The notes beneath the pieces were generated by a model. The model was given only the letters and a program-made list of their open reading frames with translations, did no database searches and had not been told where the DNA came from. Shown in pieces: positions 12,885 to 25,400 of a stretch of DNA of 64,000 bases. Numbering within the stretch: the first letter of the stretch is position 1; every line of letters begins with the position of its first letter. This stretch comes from Fimbriosthenelais zetlandica (lineage: Eukaryota). Location of the stretch: assembly GCA_977030845.1 (NCBI GenBank), contig OZ365115.1, forward strand, positions 32,550,001 through 32,614,000, read 5' to 3'. A program made the translations under genes and the position numbers.

Positions 12885-13531
12885 GGTGGCTCGTACCATT
12901 TGCCACGTGACCCTGGCGTTGCAACGCCTTTCTCTCGGTTTTACGGGTTGCCACTTTCGCCTTTTCCCGCTCCCAGTGTCAACTTCCTGCTGGCTAATAT
13001 GGCAGCACACTACATGCGATTACGGGGGAAATTTGCTTCCCAGAAGAAACTAAACAAGGTTAACCACATTCTGGATGTCCGCCATGATAAAGCTTTATCC
13101 AATATACAAGACTATGTTCATTTGGATCACTGTTACGGCTTTCCAACCTCAGAATTGAACATTGCGGCGGAGGTGACAGTTGAGACTACCGACCCGGTAT
13201 TTTTATAATAAATGTTATTTAGTACAGGTTGCAGTCGGTCAATATTTTGTTGATGTTGATATATGATGGCTAACAATATAAATAACTCCCTGGAAAATTT
13301 TCAGGATTTTTTGTCAAATGGTTTTCCTTGAGGAGCCTTACAGGGGAAAAAACCTGCTATTTTGCACTGAAGTCAATGAGCGGACTGTGAAATTCTTTAA
13401 AAATTGACAAAAAAAAAAACTAGTCGGTCGATCCACTTCATTTTTTTCATTCTACCTCCTACGATACTAGGCTACAACATATAAAAAAATTAGGGATTTC
13501 TGTCAAAAACTTTAAGAAGGTATGAGCCACC
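12885..13531 (+). mobile_element. Non-autonomous (internally deleted) DNA transposon, Kolobok-type, 647 bp, in the ZF intron
   Basis: TTAA at 12881-12884 and 13532-13535. TIR GGTGGCTCGTACC versus GGTATGAGCCACC (12/13 complementary). RR...YY termini with TTAA TSD fit Kolobok rather than piggyBac (CC...GG). Confidence 0.75.
12999..13208 (+). pseudogene. Truncated 5' ORF remnant inside the Kolobok-type element (MAAHYMRLRGKFASQKKL...HLDHCYG...)
   Basis: ATG follows E-box, ETS and YY1-like motifs near the left end. A basic RxRGKF start and a DHxY motif are reminiscent of transposon protein N-termini (recalled, not searched). Confidence 0.4.
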
Positions 13532-16500
13532 TTAAGCGTAGCGTTTGCCTTTCACAGCACCCACCATGTATGTTTGTCTGAACGATGTTCCTCATTAGGA
13601 CTCGGCGTTCGCCTCATTCTTTAAACATGATTAAGAAAAGGTTTTTATTCGCTCGCCAAACAATCCCGATGTAGATTTGCATATTTTTAAGTTTATAACG
13701 TATCACCATGCGGTGGCGCGCTACTGTTGTATGGGGGCTTGGTAGGAGGCGTGTTTTTGATAGATTATCGCGCTGGCGGTGTGGGCGCTTCTAACTACTG
13801 TAGGAGCTTGGTAAAGACCTGGGATCCACCAAGGCGATGATACCATTCACTCATCATCGGTTAACATTAACATTGATACAATGAAACATGTATCAGACAT
13901 TATATAGTATTGATAAAAACATGATGCCTTCTGCAAGATACCATCTTTTTTATAATTAATGTGAGTCAAGGGATTTTCACCCTATCGAGCATCGCCTCAG
14001 TGTAACGGGGCCTTATAAGTTGTAGAAGTGGCTGGACAGAGAGGGAGGAATTATCCCAAGATTGCGCCTCTGTCAAACATAGGACTTCTTTTTATATATT
14101 CCAACGCCATTGTCCCGGACCTGACTATGCCTATGTCATTGAAACAACATAAAACAGTCCAACTGAAAAAAAGAATATGTAATTCCTTTTTCTTTTTTCA
14201 TTTTGAGCGTTTATATGTAAAGGAAGAATGTAATCTACAGAAGAGATTTTCCAAAATTACCGTTCAGCACTGAATTTACCAATAATTATATTGGTATAAA
14301 AGATCCTAAATCTTTGTCACATATTTGGCCACTTGATATATGCAATGGTCTCTAAGAAAAAGAGAACTTCTTTACAAAGAGTTACTTTTGATGTGTCTAT
14401 CCGAGTTCAAACATACACATCTTTCCGACCCATACATGTCAGTGGACTACCTTTCATCTATATCTAGAAAGAAAGCAAAACTTGCCAATGAAACCCAGAG
14501 GGAACATGAAAAGTGTTTTACATATGTCATGTCCCAATGTAAAGGATACATCGAGATATGAGTCAGGGAGAGGGAGGCGCATTCAAAGTCTTGTCGTCTG
14601 CTCCCAACCCCCGCCCACCGGCCCTCCACATGGAAATGGTGGGAAGGGAAGGGCAGAAAATGACTGCAGGATGTGCATGCCTTGTTGTATAGGCAAAGTC
14701 CTGCTCCTCCAGCGGGATTGTTACTTTTTGTATTTGTTGGTGGGGAGAGTATGTATGATATGCTTTGTTGTAGAACAAATTCACTAGGCTGGTCTCTTCT
14801 GTGTGAGGCGGCTTGTAGGGAGGTGGGGAAACATGACGTTATTGGTTGATTGTTGACAGAAGGCCCGCCAGCCAGAGCCTTCCACACATCCACACATTGT
14901 TAATAACCAGGGGGAAGGTCTGGCCTATCATAATGCATCATATACATCAAATTGAACATTTGACAGAATCTTTCACAATGGTCTTCCATTACTGATGAAT
15001 ATCGAACTCCATTGTGATTTATAGAATCTCAATACATGACAATGAGCTCAATTGAGACCCAATAACTCGTTTATAAATCATGCTGGAGTGTCTATACGGC
15101 TCTGTCAAGACCATGTGAGCATGGAATCATATAATAAATGGACTTTGTGGAATCAGCAAGCGCCCCTTTTTCTGCGAGATGGTGAGCAATTCCGACCTGG
15201 CCTTAAGCTGTATTGGATTGTCAGGGGGAGGAGGTAGAGCAGCTCGCTGCTGGGCGTGTGGTGAGCCATTGCGGTAGTGGCTGGAGGCAGGGCGAGGCAA
15301 GATCAAAGCCCATCACCAGCCAGCCGCCGCCAAAGATGGCACAGGGTTTATTGATGTCACTTGACCTGAGCGTGACAGACACCCTGACTGAACATACAGT
15401 GGCAAAACAAGGCTCTACTTATGACAGATGCTCCTCTCTCCGCCTCTCCATCTCCCTCCTACACACGCACAAACTCTCATATAGACACACCTTTACCTGT
15501 GTCTATATTGTTTTCTTCTCAATTGAAACAATACACTCCATGCATGAACATTTATCTTTATAGGTAATAAGATGTCTATGAACTAAAGGGGGTGATCTAC
15601 CAGTTTCGAATTGTCATTAAAAAGGATCACCCCCGCTTAGGATTTCTATATCTTCACTCACGACCATTGCACCAACAGAAGCATTTCTTTCTGACTTCTT
15701 AAATCGTATTGAATTGCCATCAGTCCAGCCAGAGTTCATGTAAAAGGTCTCAAACACTCCTGTATATTCCCTTCAAAGGTCTTTTTGCACGAGTCGGGAA
15801 AAGGGGCCATCAGCCTTACAAAGGCAATGATCACGCCAAAAGCACAAGACTTATCTTAATGGCTGCTTTTTATAAAAGAAAAGAACCACCTTTATAAAGT
15901 GAAGGTAACAGCATTAGCATTGGATGTATGTCTTTTTTGCTTGTTGGGAATTGTGCCGGAGAGAAAAGAGGAGTTTCAGAGACGAATGCATATATTCAAG
16001 TGCATGCATGGCCAAAACAAATAAGTCAGGAAATGTACAAGAATATGGATTAATCAATGTCTTGGATGTCAAGGGCCTCGACTTAGGCTTATTTAAAAAC
16101 TGATTCCCTCCATATTTTGCAGCCTTGGGTTACTCTTTTTAGTGATCCATGTTTGCCTATAGGCAGTTGCGATGATGAGCAACTAAGGCAGTGTTACTTT
16201 TTTCCCCTTTTTTGTCGGATCTCTGCTGTGACTGCTTCCCCTCAGGGAAGTCAACAATGGCACCCAGCCTCCCACTATAGCCTGGTAATACATGTTCCTA
16301 ACAAGCACCACTCACTAAACCACCCTACTCTCCTTCCTTTTATATATCCCACTCTATACCTTTACAAGACTTCACCAAACCCTTAACAAACAGCCACTTT
16401 TCCAACTGCAACTCTTCTTCTTCATTAATAATTGTCCCACTATGTATAGATATCAAAGGTGTTGTTTTTTTAAATCCACAACCCCTTTGTCTTGCTTTGC

Positions 16501-17670
16501 TTTAACACTATGCAATCGTTTGGATCTTTTTTTTTCTCGATGTTTCCATCATTAAAGCCCCGAGAGAAATCTATTGCGAAAGTGGAGACATTATATTACC
16601 CTTGTGTAAGGGTTTTTTTCTCAGCCCTATCCGAGACTATCATTTCTTGTGTGCAAAAAGAATCTAATACCAAACGAAGCTAATTAAATTTGTCATGCGG
16701 TTTTAACACCCTCTTTTTCAATCCCTTTTTAAATGCCTCTTTGCTGTACGTATGCATCTGATACTATTAAACTCGATTGTTCTGCACACATGCTGTATCT
16801 ATTATGCAAAGCACTAACATAGAATAATAATACCTAATCGTGGTTTTCTGATAACTGTGGAAGTCTTATCCATTTCAGGACTGAATTCCCAAGGATTTGC
16901 TTTAGTGATTTCCATAAACCGATGACTATTTTACTGTTTACTAAACTAATTTCACAGAACTCATAGGAGAGGCTGTTGTTGCATAGTATCTTACGTCATC
17001 CAAAATTTGTTCCAAGTGAAATCTAAATTCATACCTAGGAACCTTGAGTAGATGATAGAAAAGAATGATAGTATATGATAGAAAAGAAATCAACCGCCTC
17101 CCCTATTAAATTTGACAATAAAGTTCCATTTTTATCTCTTTCTCTGCCCCTTATGTTTTCATAGGAAATATGCCATTTCACATCTGACCCTACCCTTGGC
17201 CATTAACTTTTAATGTGATGTACTTTATAAAGTGATATGCTTCAAAGATTTTAATAGCTGCAAACATGAGACAAGCATCATGATAATTGACTTGATTCCA
17301 TTGTCTGTTGTACCTCTATGAGGTAATGCAGCCGTGGGATCCCACTGCTGCCATTACTTCATGGTATCTTAGCTTGCTTTGATCATTCTGCCTGAACATG
17401 TCCCTGTCCTCATACAGGATATGCCACATTCAGCAACAGGATATCCAGAAGAGGAGTTGCAACTCTGCAAATCACACATTTTCTTCTTGATCATATTGCC
17501 CATGTACTATACTCCAGTTCTCAGGATGTGCTCTATTTCACACCTTTTGAGCAGCCATCGTTCAGCCCCCAAAACAGGCATATTATTTAATGACCAAGCG
17601 CTTCTGTGCTTCATCCCCCTAACATACCCTCATCTCTGCTAAATCTTGATGGGACTCTTTTGTTTTCCAG

Positions 17671-17793
17671 GAGAAAGACCCTACAACTGCGGGGCGTGTG
17701 GACAAACGTATACCCAGGGGCATCTGCTCAAGTCACACATCCGGTCTCGGCACGGCGGCAACATGGAGTACTACAACCTGGATAAAAGCAACA
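17671..17793 (+). CDS. ZF gene exon A: 123-nt symmetric (phase 1-1) exon encoding finger 3a (ERPYNCGACGQTYTQGHLLKSHIRSRHGGNMEYYNLDKSN)
   Basis: Acceptor cttttgttttccag| at 17670 and donor AACA|gtatgt at 17794. In frame with exon 1, restoring HTGERPY. Confidence 0.85.
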
Positions 17794-17826
17794 GTATGTC
17801 TCTCTCTACCATACCCAAAAACCCTC

Positions 17827-17832
17827 AATAAA
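17827..17832 (+). terminator. Candidate intronic polyadenylation signal AATAAA, overlapping the stop of exon A read-through
   Basis: CAA-TAA-A at 17826-17832; TAA 17829-17831 is the first in-frame stop past the exon A donor. Confidence 0.4.
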
Positions 17833-18215
17833 GTCTTCTCTTTCAGGCAACAATTCAAAAATCACTCCATTACAGTATTCTTACATATACAAGCATTGGT
17901 GAATGTGTTGGACCGTCTCATGGGTTCCTCGGCTTTCAGTGGCCATCTTTTGGGCTTGGCTTAGCGCTATTGATTTCTTGTGTTCATCCACATCATAAAA
18001 CTAACATTATTTTCATCATTACTTTCATTAATAATGATTTGTATTTCATGCTAATATGTCTTCCAACGCTGGATGGACGCCCTTATGTCTCATACTTTCC
18101 CATTCAAATTGACCAAATTCATCCATCCTCTGATTGAACCCATCAGGCATTTTCATTAAAAAGCTTACAAGAATTTGTTTCTTGTTTTAAAAGAATGCTC
18201 TCCTATCTCTTCTAG

Positions 18216-19453
18216 GTGAAAGGCCATATCACTGTGGAGCTTGTGGACAGAGGTACACCCAGGGCCACTTATTGAAGTCCCACATCCGCAGTAGGCACGA
18301 GGGGAACATGGAATTCTATAATCTAGATAAGAAAGGGGAAAGCACAAGAGGCCGCAAGTCTCTTGACCCAAAGCTTGATCCCGCCTCCATGATGCAACAA
18401 AAACAAGAGAAAATCAATTCGTTGGTGGCTCAGATTGAGAGGCAGAAGATGAATCAAATGGTGGGGTCTCCCATGGCCTCATTCCTTGGTGCTAATATTC
18501 CTCCCTATATGAATGCACTTCGACCCTTCATGGCGTCTCCCATGGCAATGGGTAACTCCCTCATGGGAGGCCCACGAGTATTTGCCATAGGCAACATGCA
18601 GACGTTGGGTAACAGCATGATCCCCATCCCTGGAGGTCTACCCATGCTGGGGCCTAACATGGGCATGTCCATGGAAAGTGCTGGTATCAAGGTACCTCTC
18701 AAAGTCCCAGAGGTGCCAAGTCCAATCAGCTTCAACGAGCAAGGTGGTCCCAAGATCACACTCATTGACGATGCCATACCGCAAGACCTTACCACCAAGA
18801 AAAGTCCTCCGCTGAAGATCCCACCATCCGGTAGCCCTTCTCCCAACAGCCTGAAGAGCCCAACACTCATGAGGAGCCCAACCATGAAGAATCCTCCGTC
18901 CGTCCTCCGTGAGGTGAACGGAATGCCAACAAGCAACGGAGTTAACAAGAGAATGATGAACAATGGTGTCCTACACCCCGACGACCTGGACGACATGAGA
19001 CATCAGCCTGCATCCTCCCCCATGGGCAGCATGGACGAGGAAGCGGTAAGAGAGATGAGGGAAGATATTCCACCCAAGAAACTCATGGATGAAAAGAAGG
19101 CAGCGGCCATAGACTTCACATTTCCGGCTTGCAATGGGAGCAACCATAAGAACTGTGACCATGCACTCAAACTGCGTGCACTTCGCAAAAACATTGTTCG
19201 CATGTTGAGTGTGCTGACCCCTGACTTGGGTGTGGAGAACACTTTGGACTATGACAGTGACCAAGTTGATGAGCTACTACATGAAGTCATTTACAGCAAC
19301 ATCGAAGAGGAGGAAAACCAACTTCAGCAGTCTCCATCTGGGGGCCCACAGCACCCTTCCATGTCAGTGTCGATGTCACAACCATCAGTGTCACTGACGC
19401 AGCAGCCGCAGCCTCCACAACCACCACATCCACAGCAGGCCATCACTACCTGA
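18216..19453 (+). CDS. ZF gene terminal coding exon B: finger 3b, M/P/S-rich IDR, SIM-like plus PQDLT motifs, MORC3/4-like C-terminal segment, Q/P tail
   Basis: Acceptor ctctcctatctcttctag| at 18215, phase 1. Open frame to TGA at 19451-19453. Total 1010 aa without exon A, 1051 aa with it. Confidence 0.92.
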
Positions 19454-22400
19454 ACGTGCCAAACATGACTGCGCGACAGTCCAGTTGCCCCCGAATTTAC
19501 TTGTTCTACAGTTGTTTTGCACATTTGGGTGCAGAATCCCTACTGTAAGATGGTGACAGTGTTGATGATCCTGGGGTGAGTGTTGAGAGGTGACAATTTT
19601 GATGAGTCTTCGCTGCAAATGAGCAAGTGAAACTCAATGTATTGATTGAGGAGTGCGGTTCAGTTTTTCAGTCTGAAGGGCATGATTTGAGTTGAACAGT
19701 GTACAATTTGTAAACCTGTATAGTAAGTGAGTAAGGCAATAATGTTGTTTGTAAGGGTGAGACCATTAAGTGGAAAATGTTTGGTGAATACTGATGAAAA
19801 AGATGATGATGGACATTGCCATCATGATGAAGAAGCATTCATTCACGATGATAATCACGATGAACTGATTGGGGCCAGCATTATCTCACACAAGTTGCTT
19901 GAACCAAGAGTGGTGTTTAAAACATAATATTGTTTTAAGAATGAATACTGTTTGTAAACAGAAGTTTGGCAGCATTGATAAGCACTCAAAAACTAATCAT
20001 CCCAAATCTAAAGTTGGAAGAATTCTAAAGGTATCGATGCTGAAGAAGGCATATCATTAAGAGAAGATGGAGTATTTCTCCACCTATTATTTTGGCTGCG
20101 TGGACCAAACCTATTTGTAATAGGGTGACCAAATGGTTCGTCCCACTGGTGGAAGCAACTCGTCCGATGCTTTTTTCCAGGACAAGTGATTTTTGGCCAT
20201 ATTCCAAAAGGTCATTCCATGTAATTAACATGTGAATAGTTTTTCTCCTTTTTGTTTATTTCCTAGTGAGACTGTAATGAATTTCCAACTCATGTCCGAG
20301 AAATGCAATACATTCCCAAATCTGACAATCAAATGTGAGATTGCTAAGTGGTTATTAAAAACAACCACTCTAAACTTCTTCATTGGTAAAATGGATGAAT
20401 GATTTGGTCCTGAGATGCATGGCTCCAAAGATGGATGGTATTTGATATTGTGGGAGATATACGAACAAGAATATATAATATATGAACAAACACGTATATT
20501 ATATATACCCTTATATAATATATATTGATATATTCTTGTGAGCCCATTAACGGTCACAAGAGATGTATAAAATATTTGTTTTGAAAACTGCCATCTGTAG
20601 CTTAGATGATCTTGTTGTGTAAAAGTAGTGCAATATTCTCACTGTCAAAGTAACAGACAGTGACCATGACCAAATAGTCATCCTTTATGTGTTCCTAATA
20701 TTATCTATTATTATCACTATCCCTTATTGGTAATCCTGTACCAAAAAATCAGGAGACTGTTGTCATAGTCCATAGGCCCAGGCCTTTGTATGTGATAGAA
20801 TAATAAGTATTTTGTCATAGAACTTCCATGTAGATTGATACTGATCTATAAACTAATGCTAAACCCGAGTGTTAGAAACCCTACACCCAGTTTGTTGTGC
20901 GAGCCAACATTCTGGTAGCCAGGATGAGGAGTAACGCCCATGGATCTGGGGTTACCTTTCCAACAAAAATGCAAGCATATCCCTATCACATTTAAAAAGA
21001 GAGAGGAGTATTTTTATCCATCTGAAATAAGCTGAGGCATTCCATTGTGTAGGATTTCTTTTTTTTCTACCTGTAGAATAAGGCTGATGTTCTAGTTATA
21101 GTTGGTGTGTATGTAGATAAGTATAATCCGTTTTTAAAGCAAAGCAGTTCAGGAAAAGCGAAGAACCAACAGTTCTCAAGAAGCAACAGTTCATTCTACT
21201 GTTATTCTTATTTGACATGTGGTTACTTCTAGAATGTCTTTTAAGACATTGCCATCTCCAGGATAAGAAAAGGCATTTAGCAGGCGTAATGTCACTCAAG
21301 AAGAGTTTTTTTCTTTGAATCTCAGTTTTTATCGCAAGTACGTAAGCATACATAACTACACTGGGCCTAGGCAGAAAGGATGATTCTTGCTGCAAGCAGG
21401 TAGTGCACTTTACAAGTGTAATATGCATTATACTGGTGGCACTGAAAATAAGTCCCTGGGTCATTTACCAGTTGAGATACAGGTCTGAAAACCAAGACCA
21501 TCTGCTTGAAACAAAGCAAGTTACTTAGAACTGTATATGGCAACCGAAAAAGGAGCAAGATGCCAGGTTAAGATCAGGGATGGAATCAAGGCAATTAAAG
21601 AAATTTAAGCGAAAACATTGAAGCCATATAAAAAAGTCAAAGGCTGGATAATTATCAGATGTCATGAAATTTAAATTATATATCTTAGGAGTGCCATTAT
21701 TGTAAATAAGAATTTGAATGAGAATACGATTGTTTTATTTTTGCAAATGTCAATGTGCTTCCCAAAGGCATGTATTGTGCCAATGACCATGCTCTGTTCT
21801 TTATCCATGGCCATGTCCACTTTTTGAAAACATATTATTGTGGCAGTGCCACGACTACTAAATTCACATGTTTTCTCAAAGCCTAAAAAGCCTATAAAGT
21901 ATTGTTACTATCCTGTCAAAATTTAGCATTGCTTCTCTGCTAGTCAACAGCTTTGTGGTAGGATCTTCAGTTAAGGATAGCCCATTATTTAAAAAATCAG
22001 GAAAGTAGATGGAATAGCAACAGCAGTCAGTCCTCGATCAAGTAAAGACATTTAGAAATGAATGGAAAGGCAACCTTATGGTGTGCCTGGGGATAGCTCT
22101 GTGGTACTATTCTCCTAACATATAGCATTTCCAAAACTTGAAACCTTTTTCCATTGTAGATATGTGTGCTACTGAACGTTATAGTCTAGCCCTATCCAAG
22201 ATAGGCAAAAATGTGCTGTTGGCCTAGTCAGAAGGCCTATGTGTATACACTGTATATCATTGTTATATATACATTATATATCTAAGTCATATTGCCATTG
22301 AGCAATCAATACCATTTTCCGAAGCAAAGGGCATATACATACAATACAGGTTGCCATTTCCCCCTGCGTCTTGAGACTGAACTGTTTCAAGGAAGGTCGG

Positions 22401-25400
22401 GGAGAAAACTAGTTATGAACTAACGTCCAGGATATCACGATGTATCATAATATACACATTTATATCATACTGATTTGTTCCTTTCGCACATACTGTCCTG
22501 TACTGTTGAATGGGGTTCCTTTTCCATGGGACTAGTCGCTGCAACTGTGAGTGTCGTAGAGCCCATATATAGGGAAGTACTTGAATGGTGTACACTGTTG
22601 GCCATTGTTTTTCCAAAAGCTACTAATTTATTACTATCCAGTTTAATCCCTTTCCTGGGTATATATCCATTTTTGGGTTGATTTCCCCCACTGAATTGAT
22701 CCTTCAGTCGCTAACTAGTTAATACAACTATGATCTTGCGTTGATTTAATTGATTCATTGGTTGATTAACTAGCAGAAAAGCATAATTCCTTTGTAAAAA
22801 AAATGATCTTAGTGCATAATAATTATGTTTGCCATCGAGTGGACAAAAGCTAATTGATTAAGAACCTGTTTTAATGATTGTGCTTCTGGTTTAATGATAG
22901 ACCAAGAAGATAAGATTTTGTTCTAACCGTGTATAATATGTGATGATAATGGTAAGCGCTTCCAAATTTACGAAAAAGAATGCTTCCTGACTTTCAAGCT
23001 ATGTATTGTAAGGAGACCATTAACCCCGTTGAACAGAGAGCCTGGCCTGCATTGTAATGTAACCATCTTATTAACGATATAAGTCTCATTATTTAATATG
23101 TCTGTTGCTTCAGTGTACCTGTGTATTACGTCAGCCTTGTATCGTTGCCATGGAAATAACATTATATACATATATAAATTATATATATTCTCTTACGTCG
23201 AAATGAAAAAAACGTGTGGGTGCTTAGTTTTGCCTGTCTGCAAACACAACAAATAAGATTGCTATAGGTTTGTGTCTGTGTCTAGAGGTAGTGTAGTGAT
23301 TCATCAACATATAAATGGTTAATATGCATGTAAAATATATATAAAAGGACGTGGTGGAATCGAAATCAATTACACCAAATCGATAACAGAATGTACTGGT
23401 ACTAAACAAGAAAATGAAGCAGCAGTCACACAGATGTCTGGTTACATATCACCCAAAAATAAGATGTACTTAAAAAGTACTTATGAATCTGGGGAGGACC
23501 TTCGCCTTTTCGAATGGTATAAATCTCATTACACATAATATTATAGATCTGACTCATCTTTACAGATGTAAATGGGAAGAATCGCTCATATTATATTAGA
23601 GGAAAATGGTATAGTTGCTTACCTTGCTAGAGTCAGAAACTGTTATTACTTAACAAAGGTGCTTATGGTTACAAATTTATGCTGAAAACTTTTTACCCAA
23701 AAAGGGACTAGAAGGAAGCCCTGAAGAGTTACAAAATCCTACTTTGAGTGGTATGAACACAAACACCTACTTTGAATGATCTGGATTCATTTAGAGTTGT
23801 AATATTCTGCCGGCATATAACGAATGTTGTTACTGTAACAACATTCTGCAAGTATCAGACAATGCCCCCCTACTTATGTCGAAAATAGTTACCCTGTATA
23901 ATTCCACACTATTGGTATTGTTAAATGATAAATAATATCAATAATAATGATTCAATTCATGCTAGGATATGTGCAATCATGTAGTTGTTGAACCCAGGAT
24001 ATGATAAATGATAACAATCATTATTGTTACCCAAATATCTGTAATATATGTAAACTAATACCGTAGGTGCAATGACAGACAGGTGTTTCCCTTTGTTTTT
24101 GGTTGTGAGCCAGTGACTGTATAGAATCATAAGTACATTATAATATTATATACTGCTGTGTTCCTTTTCCAACCTATATGTGTTAGTTATATTTTAGCAG
24201 ATGCATGCAAACACAAAGGTAAGGGACAACAAAAATGAAGGAATCTGAACATTTTCCCTTGGTACAGAATACTGCCGGGAAGGTCTACATCAGGCGTGTT
24301 GTGTTCAACTCCCCCGTTCTTTTCATTTGCTTGGTGATTTTTCTTTTTTTTGGTTCCATGTGGCGTCCCTTACCAGTGCAAGTTCCATTCAATGCATTAC
24401 AATGGCAATTGCATTATGCTTAATGAAACATATCATGGTATATTACTGATAATAATGGTAAATATGATAAAGAAAAATGGTGACAAAAGCTGTTTTGCAG
24501 AAACTATTTTTACAGTGTGGTTATACCTTAGATGAGGAAAGGTGAAGGAATTTTTTGTCAAAATCGGTATAAATTGTTTTTAAACTCAGAAAAGAATACA
24601 ACAAATACATAACAATGCAGATGCAGCCTTCATGGGGGCTTGGTCATGAAACATTGTTCATTGTACTTGTAAAAACCATGTAAATTGTCGAATTTCGTCC
24701 CTTTTATTTTGTCAGAGCGTCCACATAATTGTTGAGATGGAGTTCATATGGAAACTATTTTGAGAGCTAGACTTCTGAGAAGTCACTTTGCAGTTGGACA
24801 GTTACTGGTTATTTTCTGTGAGAGTTTAGATCCACAGGAATTGTGCACAAAGCCACTGTGTGCCCATGAAGTATAAGGCGATTGGCTGTTTGTACACGAA
24901 TGCCTAGACCCCCCATCCGAGATCGACCAAGAGTTCATACAACCATCCAATATATACATGTTGAAGAATGCAAGTAATCCAAAAATCACTTGAAAACATG
25001 TACGATGTTCTATAATGTAAGCAGGAACGTGCAGCTCGGTCTGCACTTTCCTTTGTTAAAAGTTAAACCCTTCTACCATTCTCCTTGCCCTGCAATCTGC
25101 CTTTGTCCTCTAAACCCTCTCGTCCCACTCTTGTTCCTCTCTTTGAATCTTTTATTAAACGACCAGAGTTGAAGCTAGTGCAACATGCGATGCTAATGCT
25201 TGCTTTCAGGACAAAATTAGGCCTTCCAAGTCATGCAAAATTGGACATTTTGGAATTCAAAATATTGATCTTTGTAGTCTAGACTGTTGATGGTTTGACT
25301 CCAAAATCTGGTCATGAATATTGTAAATGTGTCGTATTTCTCGATGTTTATTATATATGCAATGATCCATCCACTGTGAGACGATGATATAATGGCCTAC

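Noticed and set aside
19727-19927. Asp/His-rich ORF (DEKDDDGHCHHDEE) after the ZF stop
   Set aside because: No credible acceptor. Stop read-through ends after four codons. GAT-rich UTR sequence explains it.
24201-24218. 18-nt exon-like segment ttttagcag|ATGCATGCAAACACAAAG|gtaagg
   Set aside because: No downstream + strand exon found to receive it, and it lies in the presumed 3' UTR; likely chance without junction reads.
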